A stretch of DNA of 64,000 bases from Candidatus Binataceae bacterium. Its GTDB lineage: Bacteria > Desulfobacterota > Binatia > Binatales > Binataceae. The first letter of the stretch is position 1. The number at the start of each line of letters is the position of its first letter. Positions 38,561 to 48,519 of this stretch are shown here, in pieces. The position numbers and the translations under genes were made by a program. The notes under the pieces are model-generated. The model did no database searches. It was given only the letters and a program-made list of their open reading frames with translations, and had not been told where the DNA came from. The DNA lies in contig DATGHL010000047.1 in assembly GCA_035308025.1 (NCBI GenBank), forward strand, positions 430-64,429, read 5' to 3'.

Positions 38561-39712
38561 CTACTGCGCCTGCTCCGCGGTCATCGGACGGACCGGTTCG
38601 CCGTCGCGCGCCGCCTGTCCGACGTTCAACGCGACCAGGTCCTGCGCGGCCACGCCCTTGGTCACTTCGACGTTGATCCCGTCGTCATAGCCGAGCGCTA
38701 CCGCGGCGAGCCGCAAACGGTTGTCCTGGACCAACGGGACGAAAGGTTTGCCGTCGCGAAACACCAGCGCGTCGTCGGGCACCAGCGGCGGCCCTTCCGG
38801 CACCGTCGCGCGAAAATTCAGCTTGGCGTACATCCCGGGCAGCAGCGCGTGGTCGTCGTTGGGCAGATCGACCTCGATCAGCATCGTGCGCGTCGCGCTG
38901 GTGAGCGCCTGCGGATGGCGCGTGACGTTGCCCTCAAAGACCCGCCCGGGATATTCCGTCACCGTGATTGTGGCCGCGTCGCCGTCTTTGACGAAGGGTG
39001 CGACGCTCTGCGGCACGTCGGCGTAAATTCGCAGCGGCGACAACGTCGCCAACGCGATTAGCGCGGTATTCGCGCTGGTCGGCGCGGTCGATTGCGGAAT
39101 CAGCGCGCCCGGATCGACGTAGCGCGCCGTCACCACGCCGTCCATCGGCGCGCGAATCTGCTCGTAATCTCGCGTCGCGGCCAATTGATCCAGCGTGGCC
39201 TTGGTCTCGAGCAGATTCGCGTGTGTCTCGTCGGCGGTCTGTCGTGCGATTACGCCGCTGCGCAGCAGTTCCTGGTTGCGCCGATCGGTGACTTGCGCGA
39301 GCCGGTAAGTCGCGATTGCATTGGCGACCTGATGATCGAGTTCAGGTGATTCGAGAGTCGCCAGCAACTCGCCCGTATGAACGCGATCGCCCTTGTCCAC
39401 CTTGATCGATTTGAGGTAGCCGGCGACCTTCGCATAGACCGGCGTCTCGATAAAGCCGTGAATCGTCCCCGGCAGTTCGAGGGTGCGCGTCTGCGGCGCC
39501 TGCCCCACCTGCGCGACCAGCACGCGCGGCCCGAGCGCGAGTTCGTTCGCGCGGTCAGCAGTTTCTCCCCGCAGGCGCGAGCCGTGCACGAGGATCAACC
39601 CGATCGTGGCGCAGAGCACGACGATGATCAGGATGATCCAGCCGGCCAGATAGAAACGGCCCGGTTGGTGTGGCTGGTAGTTCTTCAGATCGCCACTAAT
39701 TGGTTCGGACAT
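38561..39712 (-). CDS. Multidrug efflux RND periplasmic adaptor (AcrA/MexA-like)
   Basis: 383 aa with an N-terminal TM/lipid anchor region and a coiled-coil hairpin. It lies directly upstream (minus strand) of an HAE1 pump. Confidence 0.8.
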   Translation of the reverse strand: MSEPISGDLKNYQPHQPGRFYLAGWIILIIVVLCATIGLILVHGSRLRGETADRANELALGPRVLVAQVGQAPQTRTLELPGTIHGFIETPVYAKVAGYLKSIKVDKGDRVHTGELLATLESPELDHQVANAIATYRLAQVTDRRNQELLRSGVIARQTADETHANLLETKATLDQLAATRDYEQIRAPMDGVVTARYVDPGALIPQSTAPTSANTALIALATLSPLRIYADVPQSVAPFVKDGDAATITVTEYPGRVFEGNVTRHPQALTSATRTMLIEVDLPNDDHALLPGMYAKLNFRATVPEGPPLVPDDALVFRDGKPFVPLVQDNRLRLAAVALGYDDGINVEVTKGVAAQDLVALNVGQAARDGEPVRPMTAEQAQ

Positions 39713-39731
39713 CGCTTGGAAACTGCTCCGC

Positions 39732-42700
39732 TTATGCTCCCGGCATCGTGATCGCTTCGATTTCGGCGTCGCGCTGATGCTTGCCTTTCACGTTGCGGCC
39801 GAAGATCGAGTACACCGCCGGCACCACGAACAACGTCATCAGGGTCGCGACAATCAGCCCGCCGATCACCGCGCGGCCCAGCGGCGCATTCTGTTCGCCG
39901 CCCTCGCCCAGCGCCAGCGCCATCGGCAGCATCCCGAGAATCATCGCCAGCGCCGTCATGATTACCGGGCGCAACCGCGTCCGTCCCGCCATCACCGCCG
40001 CCGCGACCGGCGAGTAACCCTGCTCGCGCAATTCATTGGCGAAAATTATGATCAGATTGCCGTTGGCGACGCCCACGCCCACCGCCATGATCATGCCCAT
40101 CAGTGATTCAACATTGATCGTTGTGCCGGTGAGGGTCAGCATCCAGAGCACGCCGGCGATCGTGCCGGGCACGGCCAGCATGATCACAAACGGCTCGAGC
40201 CACGATTGGAAATTCGCCACCATCAAGACGTAAACCAGGATAATCGCGACGATGATCCCGAGTCCGAGTGAGCCGAAGGATTCGTGCATCGCCTGGCTCT
40301 GCCCGCGAATTATGATCCGCATGCCGGGCGGCAGTTGGCCCAGGCGATTAATCGCCGACTGCACCGCGGTCGAGGCGCCGCCAAGGTCGCGCCCCTCGAC
40401 GCCGGCATCAACGTCGATCACCCGCTGCACGTCATAGTGATTCACGATTGCCGGTTCGACGCCCTGTCGCACGGTCGCGACATTCGCCAGCAACTGCGGC
40501 GTCACCGCCGCGCCGTCGAGGTTGGCGGGCGTCAGCGGCGTCGCGCCCAGCGCCTGCACCGAGTCGATCAGATGTTGTGGCACCTGTTCGAGCACACTGT
40601 AATTGACCCCATTTTTTGTATCGAGAAAATAGTTGGGCGCGATAATCGCGTTGGTGGCGAGTGAGGTCAGCAGGCTCGACGCCAGCGATCGTTGATCAAT
40701 GCCCAGCTCGAGGGCCTTGGCGCGATCTACTTTAACCGTCAACGTCGGATAATCGAGCACCTGCGCGATCCGCACGTCGGTCAGGCCCGGAATAAGCTGC
40801 ATCGCGTCCTGCAGCATGCGGCCGTAATCATAATTTTGATCGAGGTTTTGTCCGGAAATCTGCGCGTCGATCGGCGCCGAGAGGCCGAAATTCAAAACCT
40901 GGCTCACGATATCGGGCGCCTGAAAATAAACCTCGACGCCTGGGAAATCTCGCTCCACCATCCGCCGAATCTGATTCTGATAACCGAAGATCGAATGATG
41001 CTTGGGCTTGAGCGAAATCAGAATATCCGCATCCTGCGGCCCGGTACTGTCGGTCTGATAGAAGGCCAGCACGTAAGCGAAGGTGGGCAGCCCGATATTG
41101 TCGCTGATCTGATCGAGTTCGCCCGGCGGCACGATCCGGCGCACGGCCCGCTCGAGCTGATCGACGACCACTTCCGTCTGCTCGACGCGGGTTCCCGAGG
41201 GCGCCCGCAGATGCATCTTCATCATGCCGGCGTCGACGCGCGGGAAGAAATCCTCGCCGACCGTGGAAAACAGGATCAGTGACAAGCCCACCACGATCGC
41301 TGCGCACACCAGCGAGAAGGTCCGCCGCGCGATGAACATGCCGAGCAGATCGCGATAGCCGTCGGCGAAACGCTCGAAGCCGCGCTCGAAACTCGCGGCA
41401 AAGCGCGACCACCGCCCGCTCACCGCCCGCTCCGCATGATTCTCGGGGATCAGGTAGCGCGTCATCGAAGGCACCAGCGTGCGCGACAGCAGATACGACG
41501 TCAGCATCGCGTAGACCACCGCCAGCGCGAGCGGCGTGAAGAGAAAGCGCGCGACTCCGTAGAGCAGCACCACCGGAAAAAATACGATGCAGATCGCCAG
41601 CGTGCCGATGAAGGCCGGCGAGGCGATTTCGCGTGAACTGTCGAGGATCGCCACCAGTAGCGGTTTGTGCATCGCGTGATGGCGATGGATGTTCTCGATC
41701 TCGACTGTCGCGTCGTCCACCAGCATCCCGACCGCCAGCGCCAGCCCGCCCAGCGTCATGATGTTGATCGATTGTCCCGAGAGCTTGAGCCCGACGATCG
41801 CGGTCAAAATCGACAACGGGATCGACAGTACGACGATAAACATGCTGCGCGGCGAGCCCAAAAATATCAAGATCATCAGGGCGACCAGCGCGGCCGCCAG
41901 GGTCGCCTCGCGGACGACTCCCCACAGCGCCGCGCGCACAAACACCGATTGGTCGAACGCGAGCTTGAGCTTCATCCCCTTGGGCGCGGTCTCGAGGATC
42001 AGCGGAATCATATTGCGCACGCTATCGATCACGCTGAGCGTCGAGGCCGCCGCGTGCTTGAAGATCGGCAGGTAGGTGGCGCGCTTGCCGTCGATGCGGA
42101 CGACGTTGGTCTGCACCAGGTGCGAATCGGTTACCGGCGCGACATCGCCGAGCAGCACCGGCGTGCCGTTGACGACCTTGAGCGGCAACTGGTCAAAGCT
42201 CGCCACCTTATCCGGGCTGCCATTTAACTCGACCCGGTACTCGCGATTACCGATCTTGACTGAACCCGCCGGAATAATCACGTTCGTCGCGTTCAGCGCA
42301 TTGCCGACGTCCTGCGCCGACAGCCCGTTGGCGTAAAGCTGCGCCGGATGCAGGTTCACCATGATTGCGCGATTGCGCCCGCCAAAGGGCGACGGCACCG
42401 AGATGCCCGCGATACTGTAGAGCCGCACGCGAATAAAATTGAGGCCGTAATCGAAGAGCTTTTGCTCCGACAGCGTCTCGCTCGAGACATTAAGCTGAGC
42501 CACCGGCACATTGGCGGCGTTGTAATCGACGATATTCGGCGCCTGCATCCCCGGCGGGAAAATCTGCAGCAGCGATTGCGACAGCGCCGCCATCTGGGCG
42601 ATGCCGGAGGCGGTCGTGTTGCCCGGATGGAAATAGACCTTGATCAGGCCCACCCCCGCGATCGACTCCGACTCCATGTGCTCAATATCGTTGACCACGC

Positions 42701-42917
42701 TCGCGGTGGCGCGCTCGCTGATGATCACGACGCGCCGCTCCATGTCAATCGCCGAGAGGCCCGGGTAGCCCCAGACCATAATCACAACCGGCATATCGAT
42801 CGCGGGAAAGATGTCCACATTCATTCGCGTGAAGGACAGACCGCCCAGCACGGTCATCAGCAGCACCATCACTGCGACTGACAGGGGGCGGCGGAGCCCA
42901 AAACGGACGATCCACAT
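39732..42917 (-). CDS. Multidrug efflux RND permease (AcrB/HAE1 family)
   Basis: 1061 aa with 12 TMS and two large periplasmic loops. The N-terminus (MWIVRFGLRRP) is typical of AcrB. Confidence 0.85.
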   Translation of the reverse strand: MWIVRFGLRRPLSVAVMVLLMTVLGGLSFTRMNVDIFPAIDMPVVIMVWGYPGLSAIDMERRVVIISERATASVVNDIEHMESESIAGVGLIKVYFHPGNTTASGIAQMAALSQSLLQIFPPGMQAPNIVDYNAANVPVAQLNVSSETLSEQKLFDYGLNFIRVRLYSIAGISVPSPFGGRNRAIMVNLHPAQLYANGLSAQDVGNALNATNVIIPAGSVKIGNREYRVELNGSPDKVASFDQLPLKVVNGTPVLLGDVAPVTDSHLVQTNVVRIDGKRATYLPIFKHAAASTLSVIDSVRNMIPLILETAPKGMKLKLAFDQSVFVRAALWGVVREATLAAALVALMILIFLGSPRSMFIVVLSIPLSILTAIVGLKLSGQSINIMTLGGLALAVGMLVDDATVEIENIHRHHAMHKPLLVAILDSSREIASPAFIGTLAICIVFFPVVLLYGVARFLFTPLALAVVYAMLTSYLLSRTLVPSMTRYLIPENHAERAVSGRWSRFAASFERGFERFADGYRDLLGMFIARRTFSLVCAAIVVGLSLILFSTVGEDFFPRVDAGMMKMHLRAPSGTRVEQTEVVVDQLERAVRRIVPPGELDQISDNIGLPTFAYVLAFYQTDSTGPQDADILISLKPKHHSIFGYQNQIRRMVERDFPGVEVYFQAPDIVSQVLNFGLSAPIDAQISGQNLDQNYDYGRMLQDAMQLIPGLTDVRIAQVLDYPTLTVKVDRAKALELGIDQRSLASSLLTSLATNAIIAPNYFLDTKNGVNYSVLEQVPQHLIDSVQALGATPLTPANLDGAAVTPQLLANVATVRQGVEPAIVNHYDVQRVIDVDAGVEGRDLGGASTAVQSAINRLGQLPPGMRIIIRGQSQAMHESFGSLGLGIIVAIILVYVLMVANFQSWLEPFVIMLAVPGTIAGVLWMLTLTGTTINVESLMGMIMAVGVGVANGNLIIIFANELREQGYSPVAAAVMAGRTRLRPVIMTALAMILGMLPMALALGEGGEQNAPLGRAVIGGLIVATLMTLFVVPAVYSIFGRNVKGKHQRDAEIEAITMPGA

Positions 42918-43212
42918 ATCGGAACTACTACTTCTCGACTACTTACGGATGCGGACCCGCCGCACGACTCGATAAGGAAGCGGATCGGTCGGCCTAAAAT
43001 AGGCCAGCTTCAACGCCTCGGCAAGTTCCCGGAATCTGTTCAGTACCTATCGAAATAATCTTTCTGAGAAACTTCAGTAGCCGTAACGCTCGGTCAGAAT
43101 TGGTCGGATTAGAGTATTATGTTGTAATTTCGCTTTTATTTCGTCACGAAGCTGGCAATAGACATTCCGTGACCGCCTTTGGGATGAGCTTTCTCTTGAC
43201 CTGTTACTGGAC

Positions 43213-43260
43213 AAAGTGGAAAGTAGTGGGGTCTGGCGGAGAAAAGTGGTGCTCAGTGGA
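43213..43260 (+). promoter_or_regulatory. Array of five direct repeats nnnnnGTGGn with exact 10-bp periodicity (GTGG at 43216, 43226, (GCGG) 43236, 43246, 43256); candidate MraZ operator (MraZ boxes) overlapping the mraZ start
   Basis: Read from the sequence (AAAGTGGa / AGTAGTGGg / tctGGCGGa / AAAAGTGGt / ctcAGTGGa). MraZ is known to bind GTGG-type direct repeats upstream of its own operon. Confidence 0.5.
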
Positions 43261-43701
43261 AGACATGACCTTGCTTTGGACGAAAAAGGGCGGATCACTC
43301 TTCCGGTCAGGTTTCGCGACGTATTTAGGTCCGATGACCACAACTTTCCTTATATCACAAATCATCTTTACGCGCACGAGCGCTGTCTGGCCTTGTACTC
43401 GCACAGCGAATGGATGCGGCTGATTGACCGCGTCGAGAATAAGGAGCGTTTCGATCCCGACGTCCAACGCTTTCGGATTTTCTATATCGGCGGTGCGCAT
43501 GAGGTCGAGTTGGACAAGCAGGGGCGGATTTTAATTCCGCCGGATTTGCGCGAGTTTGCGCGGTTGGATCGCGAGGTGACGTTCACGGGCCAGCTCGATC
43601 ATTTCGCGCTGTGGGATCGGGCGGCGCTGCGACGCGTGCTGCAACAGACGGAAGAAGAGTTGATCAGTAACCCGGGGATGTTCAGCAAGTTGGGTTTGTA
43701 G
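43249..43701 (+). CDS. mraZ: Division/cell-wall cluster transcriptional regulator MraZ
   Basis: Two DxxGR repeats (LDEKGRITLP, LDKQGRILIP). A GTG start at 43249 gives 150 aa, the usual MraZ length. The tracked ORF begins at 43216. Confidence 0.8.
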   Translation: MLSGRHDLALDEKGRITLPVRFRDVFRSDDHNFPYITNHLYAHERCLALYSHSEWMRLIDRVENKERFDPDVQRFRIFYIGGAHEVELDKQGRILIPPDLREFARLDREVTFTGQLDHFALWDRAALRRVLQQTEEELISNPGMFSKLGL

Positions 43702-43704
43702 TCG

Positions 43705-44625
43705 GTGCAGTTGCAAGAGGCAAAGGTTTTGAGCGCGGCGGGTCCCGAGCATGTGGCGGTGATGGTGGCGGAGGTGGTGGGACTCGTGCGCGCTTGTAAT
43801 CCGCTGGTCGTGGTCGACGCGACGGTGGGGACGGGCGGCCATGCCGAGGCGCTTTTGGAAGCGACCGGAGCTCATCTGATAGGCCTCGATCGGGATTGCG
43901 GCGCGCTGCAGGTTGCGGCGCGCCGCCTCGAGCGTTTCGGTGCGCGCGCGAGTCTCCATCGGGGCAATTTCGCTGAGTTGTCGGCGATCCTCGATCATGT
44001 CGGGACGCCGGCGGTCGGCGCGATCGTCGCCGACCTCGGGATGAGCAGTTTTGCTCTGAACGATCCCGCGCGTGGTTTCAGCTTTGCTGCGGAGGGACCG
44101 CTTGACATGCGGATGGACGATCGCCAGCCGCTGCGCGCCTATGACCTGGTGAACGAAGAGAGCGAGGATGAAATCGCCCGCTTGATCCAGACTTACGGCG
44201 AGGAGCGTCATGCGCGGCGGATTGCGCGGGCGCTCGTCGCGGCGCGACGGCGGCGGCCGCTCGAAACCACCGGGGAGCTGCGCGCCGCGATCGAAGGGGT
44301 GATGGGCGGGCGACGGCACGGCGGGATCAATCCGGCGACGCGAACTTTTCAGGCCTTGCGCATCGCCGTCAACGACGAGAGCGCGAACCTGACGGCGCTG
44401 CTCGCAGCGGGGCCGGCGCGCCTGACCGCGGGCGGCCGCATGATCGTAATGGCCTATCACTCGCTGGAGGATCGGCCGGTCAAGCAGCGTTTTCGCGAAC
44501 TCGCCGGCGCGGCCGGCTTCGCACTGATCACACGGCGGGCGGTGCGTCCGGCCGCGGCAGAGATCGCGCGCAATCGGCGCGCGCGGAGCGCACGCTTACG
44601 ATGCCTCGAGAAAACGCTCGGCTGA
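43705..44625 (+). CDS. rsmH: 16S rRNA (cytosine1402-N4)-methyltransferase
   Basis: 306 aa with SAM-binding motifs (VDATVGTGGHA, DLGMSS). Confidence 0.9.
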   Translation: MQLQEAKVLSAAGPEHVAVMVAEVVGLVRACNPLVVVDATVGTGGHAEALLEATGAHLIGLDRDCGALQVAARRLERFGARASLHRGNFAELSAILDHVGTPAVGAIVADLGMSSFALNDPARGFSFAAEGPLDMRMDDRQPLRAYDLVNEESEDEIARLIQTYGEERHARRIARALVAARRRRPLETTGELRAAIEGVMGGRRHGGINPATRTFQALRIAVNDESANLTALLAAGPARLTAGGRMIVMAYHSLEDRPVKQRFRELAGAAGFALITRRAVRPAAAEIARNRRARSARLRCLEKTLG

Positions 44626-44909
44626 AACGACGGCCGCCGCTGACGGTCAAGGCGTCGCGCTGGTGGCCGGCGATTCTGGGACTCGCGGCGGTGGTCGCGG
44701 GCTTCGCCGCGCTGATGGCGCGGCTCGAAGTGACGCAGGAAGGGCTGCGGCTTTCGGCCCTGCGTGACGAACAGCGGGACCTGGAAGAACGCAACCGGCG
44801 CCTGCGGCTGGAGGTAGCGGAACTCGGGTCACACGAGCGGCTGCGCGCGATCGCCGCGCAGGACGGACTGGGGCCGCCGGCGGCCGGTCACGTCACGACG
44901 ATGCCATGA
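44601..44909 (+). CDS. ftsL: Cell division protein FtsL-like (single TM + coiled coil)
   Basis: 102 aa, positioned between rsmH and ftsI. Confidence 0.6.
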   Translation: MPRENARLKRRPPLTVKASRWWPAILGLAAVVAGFAALMARLEVTQEGLRLSALRDEQRDLEERNRRLRLEVAELGSHERLRAIAAQDGLGPPAAGHVTTMP

Positions 44910-46981
44910 ATGCGGTGTTCAAACAGCGGCGCGCGCGGATTGGCGTCCTGACGGCGGCACTCGGGGCGATGCTCGCGGTGGTCGCCGTCCGCCTCATGAT
45001 GCTGGTTTTGATCGACGGGCCGCGGTTGGCCTCGATGGCGACGAACGAGCAGAGCGGAGAACTCGAGCTGGCCGCCGTGCGCGGCGATATCGTCGATCGC
45101 AACGGCAGACTGCTGGCCTCGATGCAGCCCTGCCGCTCGGCGTACGTACGGCCGCGCCAGCTGCTGGAAAAGAGCACGAGCGCAGAGCGCGCGCGCCTGG
45201 CCGCGGCGCTTGGAGTGGATGCCGACGCCCTGGAAGCGCGGCTCAAGAGTCCGGCGCCGTTTGTATGGCTGTCGCGCCGTTTAGAGAGCGCGCAGGCCGA
45301 TGAAATCGAAGGACTCCATCTTGCGGGCGTCAGTTTAGCGCCCGAGAACGTAAGGGCTTATCCGGAGGGTTCCCTGGCCGCGGCGGTGGTTGGTCAGGCG
45401 GGGCTGGACGGTCAGGGGCTCTCCGGCCTCGAACTCCAATACGATCGGGTGGTGCGCGGCGAGGCCGTTAAGCTGCGCTTCTACCACGATGCGCATAACC
45501 ATCCGATCTTTGATTCGCCGGTTGAGCTCAGCAGCGCGCGGCCCGGCGCGCGCCTGGAGTTGACGATCGACGCTGCTATCCAAGCCGATGCGGAGAACTC
45601 GCTGCGAGCAGAGGTGCGCAGCAGTGGCGCGCGTCACGGCACCGCGATCGTGCTCGACCCTTTTACCGGCGAAGTGCTCGCGCTGGCCGGCGCGAGCGCC
45701 GATCCCGCGCGTGATGGTGAGCGGCTCCACGACGCCGCGGTCGAGGACGCCTTCGAGCCGGGCTCGACTGTGAAGGGACTGCTCGGCGCGATTGCGCTTG
45801 ACGATCATGCCATCGACACGCGGCAGCAGTTCTACTGCGAGAACGGGGCATGGCAGTTCGGCGGCAAGACGATTCATGACGACAGTCCCCATGGCTGGCT
45901 GGATCTCGCCGGCATTGTCGAAGTATCGTCGAATATCGGCGCCGCGAAGATCGCGCGGACACTCGGCGCCGAGCGCTATTACGCGGGGCTGCAGGCTTTC
46001 GGAATCGGCCGCCGGAGCGGAATCGATCTGCCCGGTGAGAGCGCAGGTTTAATTCGCTCGCCCGCGCATTGGCGTCCGGTTGATCTCGCCGATCACGGCT
46101 TTGGCCAGGGGATCGGGGTGACCCCGATTCAGCTCGCCGTGGCCTACGCCGCGATCGCCAATGGCGGCGTGGTGATGCGTCCGTATGTCGTGAAGTCGAT
46201 CACCGACGCGTCGGGTACTTTGCGCCATACGCCGCAGGTTTTGCGTCGGGCGGTGTCGCCGGCCGCGGCGCATACGATGAATGATCTCCTGCGCAACGTG
46301 GTCAGCGCGCCCGACGGCACCGGCCGGCTCGCGCAGGTGGCGAATTTCACGGTCGCCGGCAAGACTGGCACGGCGCAGATGGTGAATCCTGCGACCGGCG
46401 CATACTACCAGAACCGCCTGGTTGCTTCGTTTGTCGGCTTTGTCCCGGCGAAGGATCCGCGCTTGGTCATCCTGGTGGTGCTCTACGACGTGCCTGACCG
46501 TCATTTCGGCGGACTCTATGCCGCACCTATCTTCAGCCAGATTGCCACGGCTGCGCTAGGGCATCTTGACGTTGAGCCGGAGCGGCCCGCCACGACGCTG
46601 GCGAGTATTCTGCCGTTGCCGGGCAATCTCGATGGTGCGTTCGAGGATGCGCGTAAAGATGCACCGGACCGATCGTCTGCGAGCGGTTCCGATGATCAAT
46701 TTCAAACCGCGCGCGCGGGCCGCGCCGCGGCGAGCGGGCTGACGCCGAATTTCCTCGGTCTAAGTCTGCGCGGCGCGCTGGCGCTGGCGCGCGCCGAAAG
46801 CCTCAATCCGGAGATCGAGGGCGCAGGATACGTGACGGCGCAAACGCCGGCGCCAGGACTACCGGTCGGTAGTGCGATGAAACTGGTGTTGGCCGACGCC
46901 GCCGAGACATCTTCTATGCGATTGCGTGCGCAGCGCAGCGTCCGCGCCGCAAGCGAGCTCGCGTCACGGAGGCGCCGATGA
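44906..46981 (+). CDS. ftsI: Peptidoglycan D,D-transpeptidase FtsI (PBP3) with C-terminal PASTA-like domain
   Basis: 691 aa with the transpeptidase motifs STVK, SSN and KTGT. Residues 46739-46900 code for LTPNFLGLSLRGALALARAESLNPEIEGAGYVTAQTPAPGLPVGSAMKLVL, which matches the PASTA consensus. Confidence 0.85.
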   Translation: MNAVFKQRRARIGVLTAALGAMLAVVAVRLMMLVLIDGPRLASMATNEQSGELELAAVRGDIVDRNGRLLASMQPCRSAYVRPRQLLEKSTSAERARLAAALGVDADALEARLKSPAPFVWLSRRLESAQADEIEGLHLAGVSLAPENVRAYPEGSLAAAVVGQAGLDGQGLSGLELQYDRVVRGEAVKLRFYHDAHNHPIFDSPVELSSARPGARLELTIDAAIQADAENSLRAEVRSSGARHGTAIVLDPFTGEVLALAGASADPARDGERLHDAAVEDAFEPGSTVKGLLGAIALDDHAIDTRQQFYCENGAWQFGGKTIHDDSPHGWLDLAGIVEVSSNIGAAKIARTLGAERYYAGLQAFGIGRRSGIDLPGESAGLIRSPAHWRPVDLADHGFGQGIGVTPIQLAVAYAAIANGGVVMRPYVVKSITDASGTLRHTPQVLRRAVSPAAAHTMNDLLRNVVSAPDGTGRLAQVANFTVAGKTGTAQMVNPATGAYYQNRLVASFVGFVPAKDPRLVILVVLYDVPDRHFGGLYAAPIFSQIATAALGHLDVEPERPATTLASILPLPGNLDGAFEDARKDAPDRSSASGSDDQFQTARAGRAAASGLTPNFLGLSLRGALALARAESLNPEIEGAGYVTAQTPAPGLPVGSAMKLVLADAAETSSMRLRAQRSVRAASELASRRRR

Positions 46982-48492
46982 AGTTGTCAGCGTTGATCGC
47001 CGGTGGGGAATCGCGGTGGGTGGCGGGCGATCGCGACCCGGAGATCCGCGGATTGGCCTATGATTCGCGGCGGGTTACGGCCGGCGAGCTATTCTTTGCA
47101 ACGACGCGCGAGCCGGCGGCCGCGCAAGCTTATGCTGAGGAGGCATTGAACCGCGGAGCGCGCGCAGTGGTGGTGCGGGATTGGGCTGGCGGCGGCGCGC
47201 GCTCCGCGGCGACTATTATTGAATGCGCTCATCCGCGCCAGCTGATGGGTGTGGCGGCGTCGCGTTTTTTTGGCGCACCCAGCCGAAGCCTCGATCTGAT
47301 AGGTGTAACCGGCACCAGCGGCAAGACCACGACGACCTATTTGCTCAAAGCGATCTTTGAAGCGGCGGGACTCTCCGCGGGGATACTCGGCACGATCGGC
47401 ATTTTCATCGGCGCGCAAAAGCTTTACAGCGGCCTGACGACTCCCGAATCGATCGACTTCGAAAGTGCGCTGGCGACGATGAGAGACCAGGGAACGCGCG
47501 CGGCTGCGGCTGAGATCTCCTCGATTGGACTGGCCGAGGGGCGGGTCGAGGAACTGAGTTTTCGCGCCGCCCTGTTCACCAATCTCGGGCGCGACCATCT
47601 GGATTATCATCACAACGCCGAGAACTATTTCGCGGCGAAGCTGCGGCTGTTCAGCGAAATTCTGCCGCGCAGCCGTCATCCCGATCCGATCGCCGTGGTT
47701 AATGGCGACGACCCCTGCGGCGCGGCGGTGATCGACGCGACGCCGACGGCGAAACTGAGTTTCGGACTCGGCGCGGAGCGCGACGTGCGTGCGCTCGACG
47801 CGAAGTTCGGCGCCGACGGGATTCACGCGACGATCGAGGCCTGTGGACGGCGCTTTGTAATCGCTTCGCCGATGCTGGGTGAGATCAATCTGCGCAACAT
47901 TCTCGGGGCCTCCGCCGTGTCGGTGGCCCTGGGTATCGAGGTGGCGGCGGTGGCGGAGGGGGTGCGGCGATGCCCGGGGGCCCCCGGCAGGCTGGAGGCG
48001 GTCGGCGGGCCGCCCGGGGTCAAGGTGCTGGTCGATTATGCGCACAAGCCGGACGCGTTGGCGGCGGTGCTGGCAACCCTGCGCGCGCTCGGGCCGCGGC
48101 GGCTGGTTTGCGTCTTCGGCTGCGGCGGCGATCGCGATCGTGGCAAGCGTCCGCTCATGGGCGCGATTGCCGGCCGCCTGGCCGACCTCGTGATTCTGAC
48201 CTCCGATAATCCGCGCAGCGAAGCGCCGGGCCGGATCATGGCAGAGATCGAGACCGGCCTCGCGGCGACGGCGCTGAAACGGATCGATGAGGCCGCGGCG
48301 CGCAACGGCGCCGGTTACATTTTCGAACCCGAGCGGCGGGAAGCGATTGCGATCGCGCTCCGCCTCGCGAGGCCGAGGGACACCGTGGTGATCGCGGGCA
48401 AGGGCCACGAAGATTACCAGCTCGTCGGCGACAAGCGCTTAGACTTCGACGATCGCGCCGTGGTGCGCGAGTTGATCGCCGCAAGGCCGTGA
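46978..48492 (+). CDS. murE: UDP-N-acetylmuramoyl-L-alanyl-D-glutamate--2,6-diaminopimelate ligase
   Basis: 504 aa with N-terminal YDSRRVTAGELFFA, GTSGKTTT, and the DAP-specific region. Confidence 0.8.
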   Translation: MKLSALIAGGESRWVAGDRDPEIRGLAYDSRRVTAGELFFATTREPAAAQAYAEEALNRGARAVVVRDWAGGGARSAATIIECAHPRQLMGVAASRFFGAPSRSLDLIGVTGTSGKTTTTYLLKAIFEAAGLSAGILGTIGIFIGAQKLYSGLTTPESIDFESALATMRDQGTRAAAAEISSIGLAEGRVEELSFRAALFTNLGRDHLDYHHNAENYFAAKLRLFSEILPRSRHPDPIAVVNGDDPCGAAVIDATPTAKLSFGLGAERDVRALDAKFGADGIHATIEACGRRFVIASPMLGEINLRNILGASAVSVALGIEVAAVAEGVRRCPGAPGRLEAVGGPPGVKVLVDYAHKPDALAAVLATLRALGPRRLVCVFGCGGDRDRGKRPLMGAIAGRLADLVILTSDNPRSEAPGRIMAEIETGLAATALKRIDEAAARNGAGYIFEPERREAIAIALRLARPRDTVVIAGKGHEDYQLVGDKRLDFDDRAVVRELIAARP

Positions 48493-48519
48493 GCGCCGGG
48501 CCAAAGGCAGAGCCGCACG

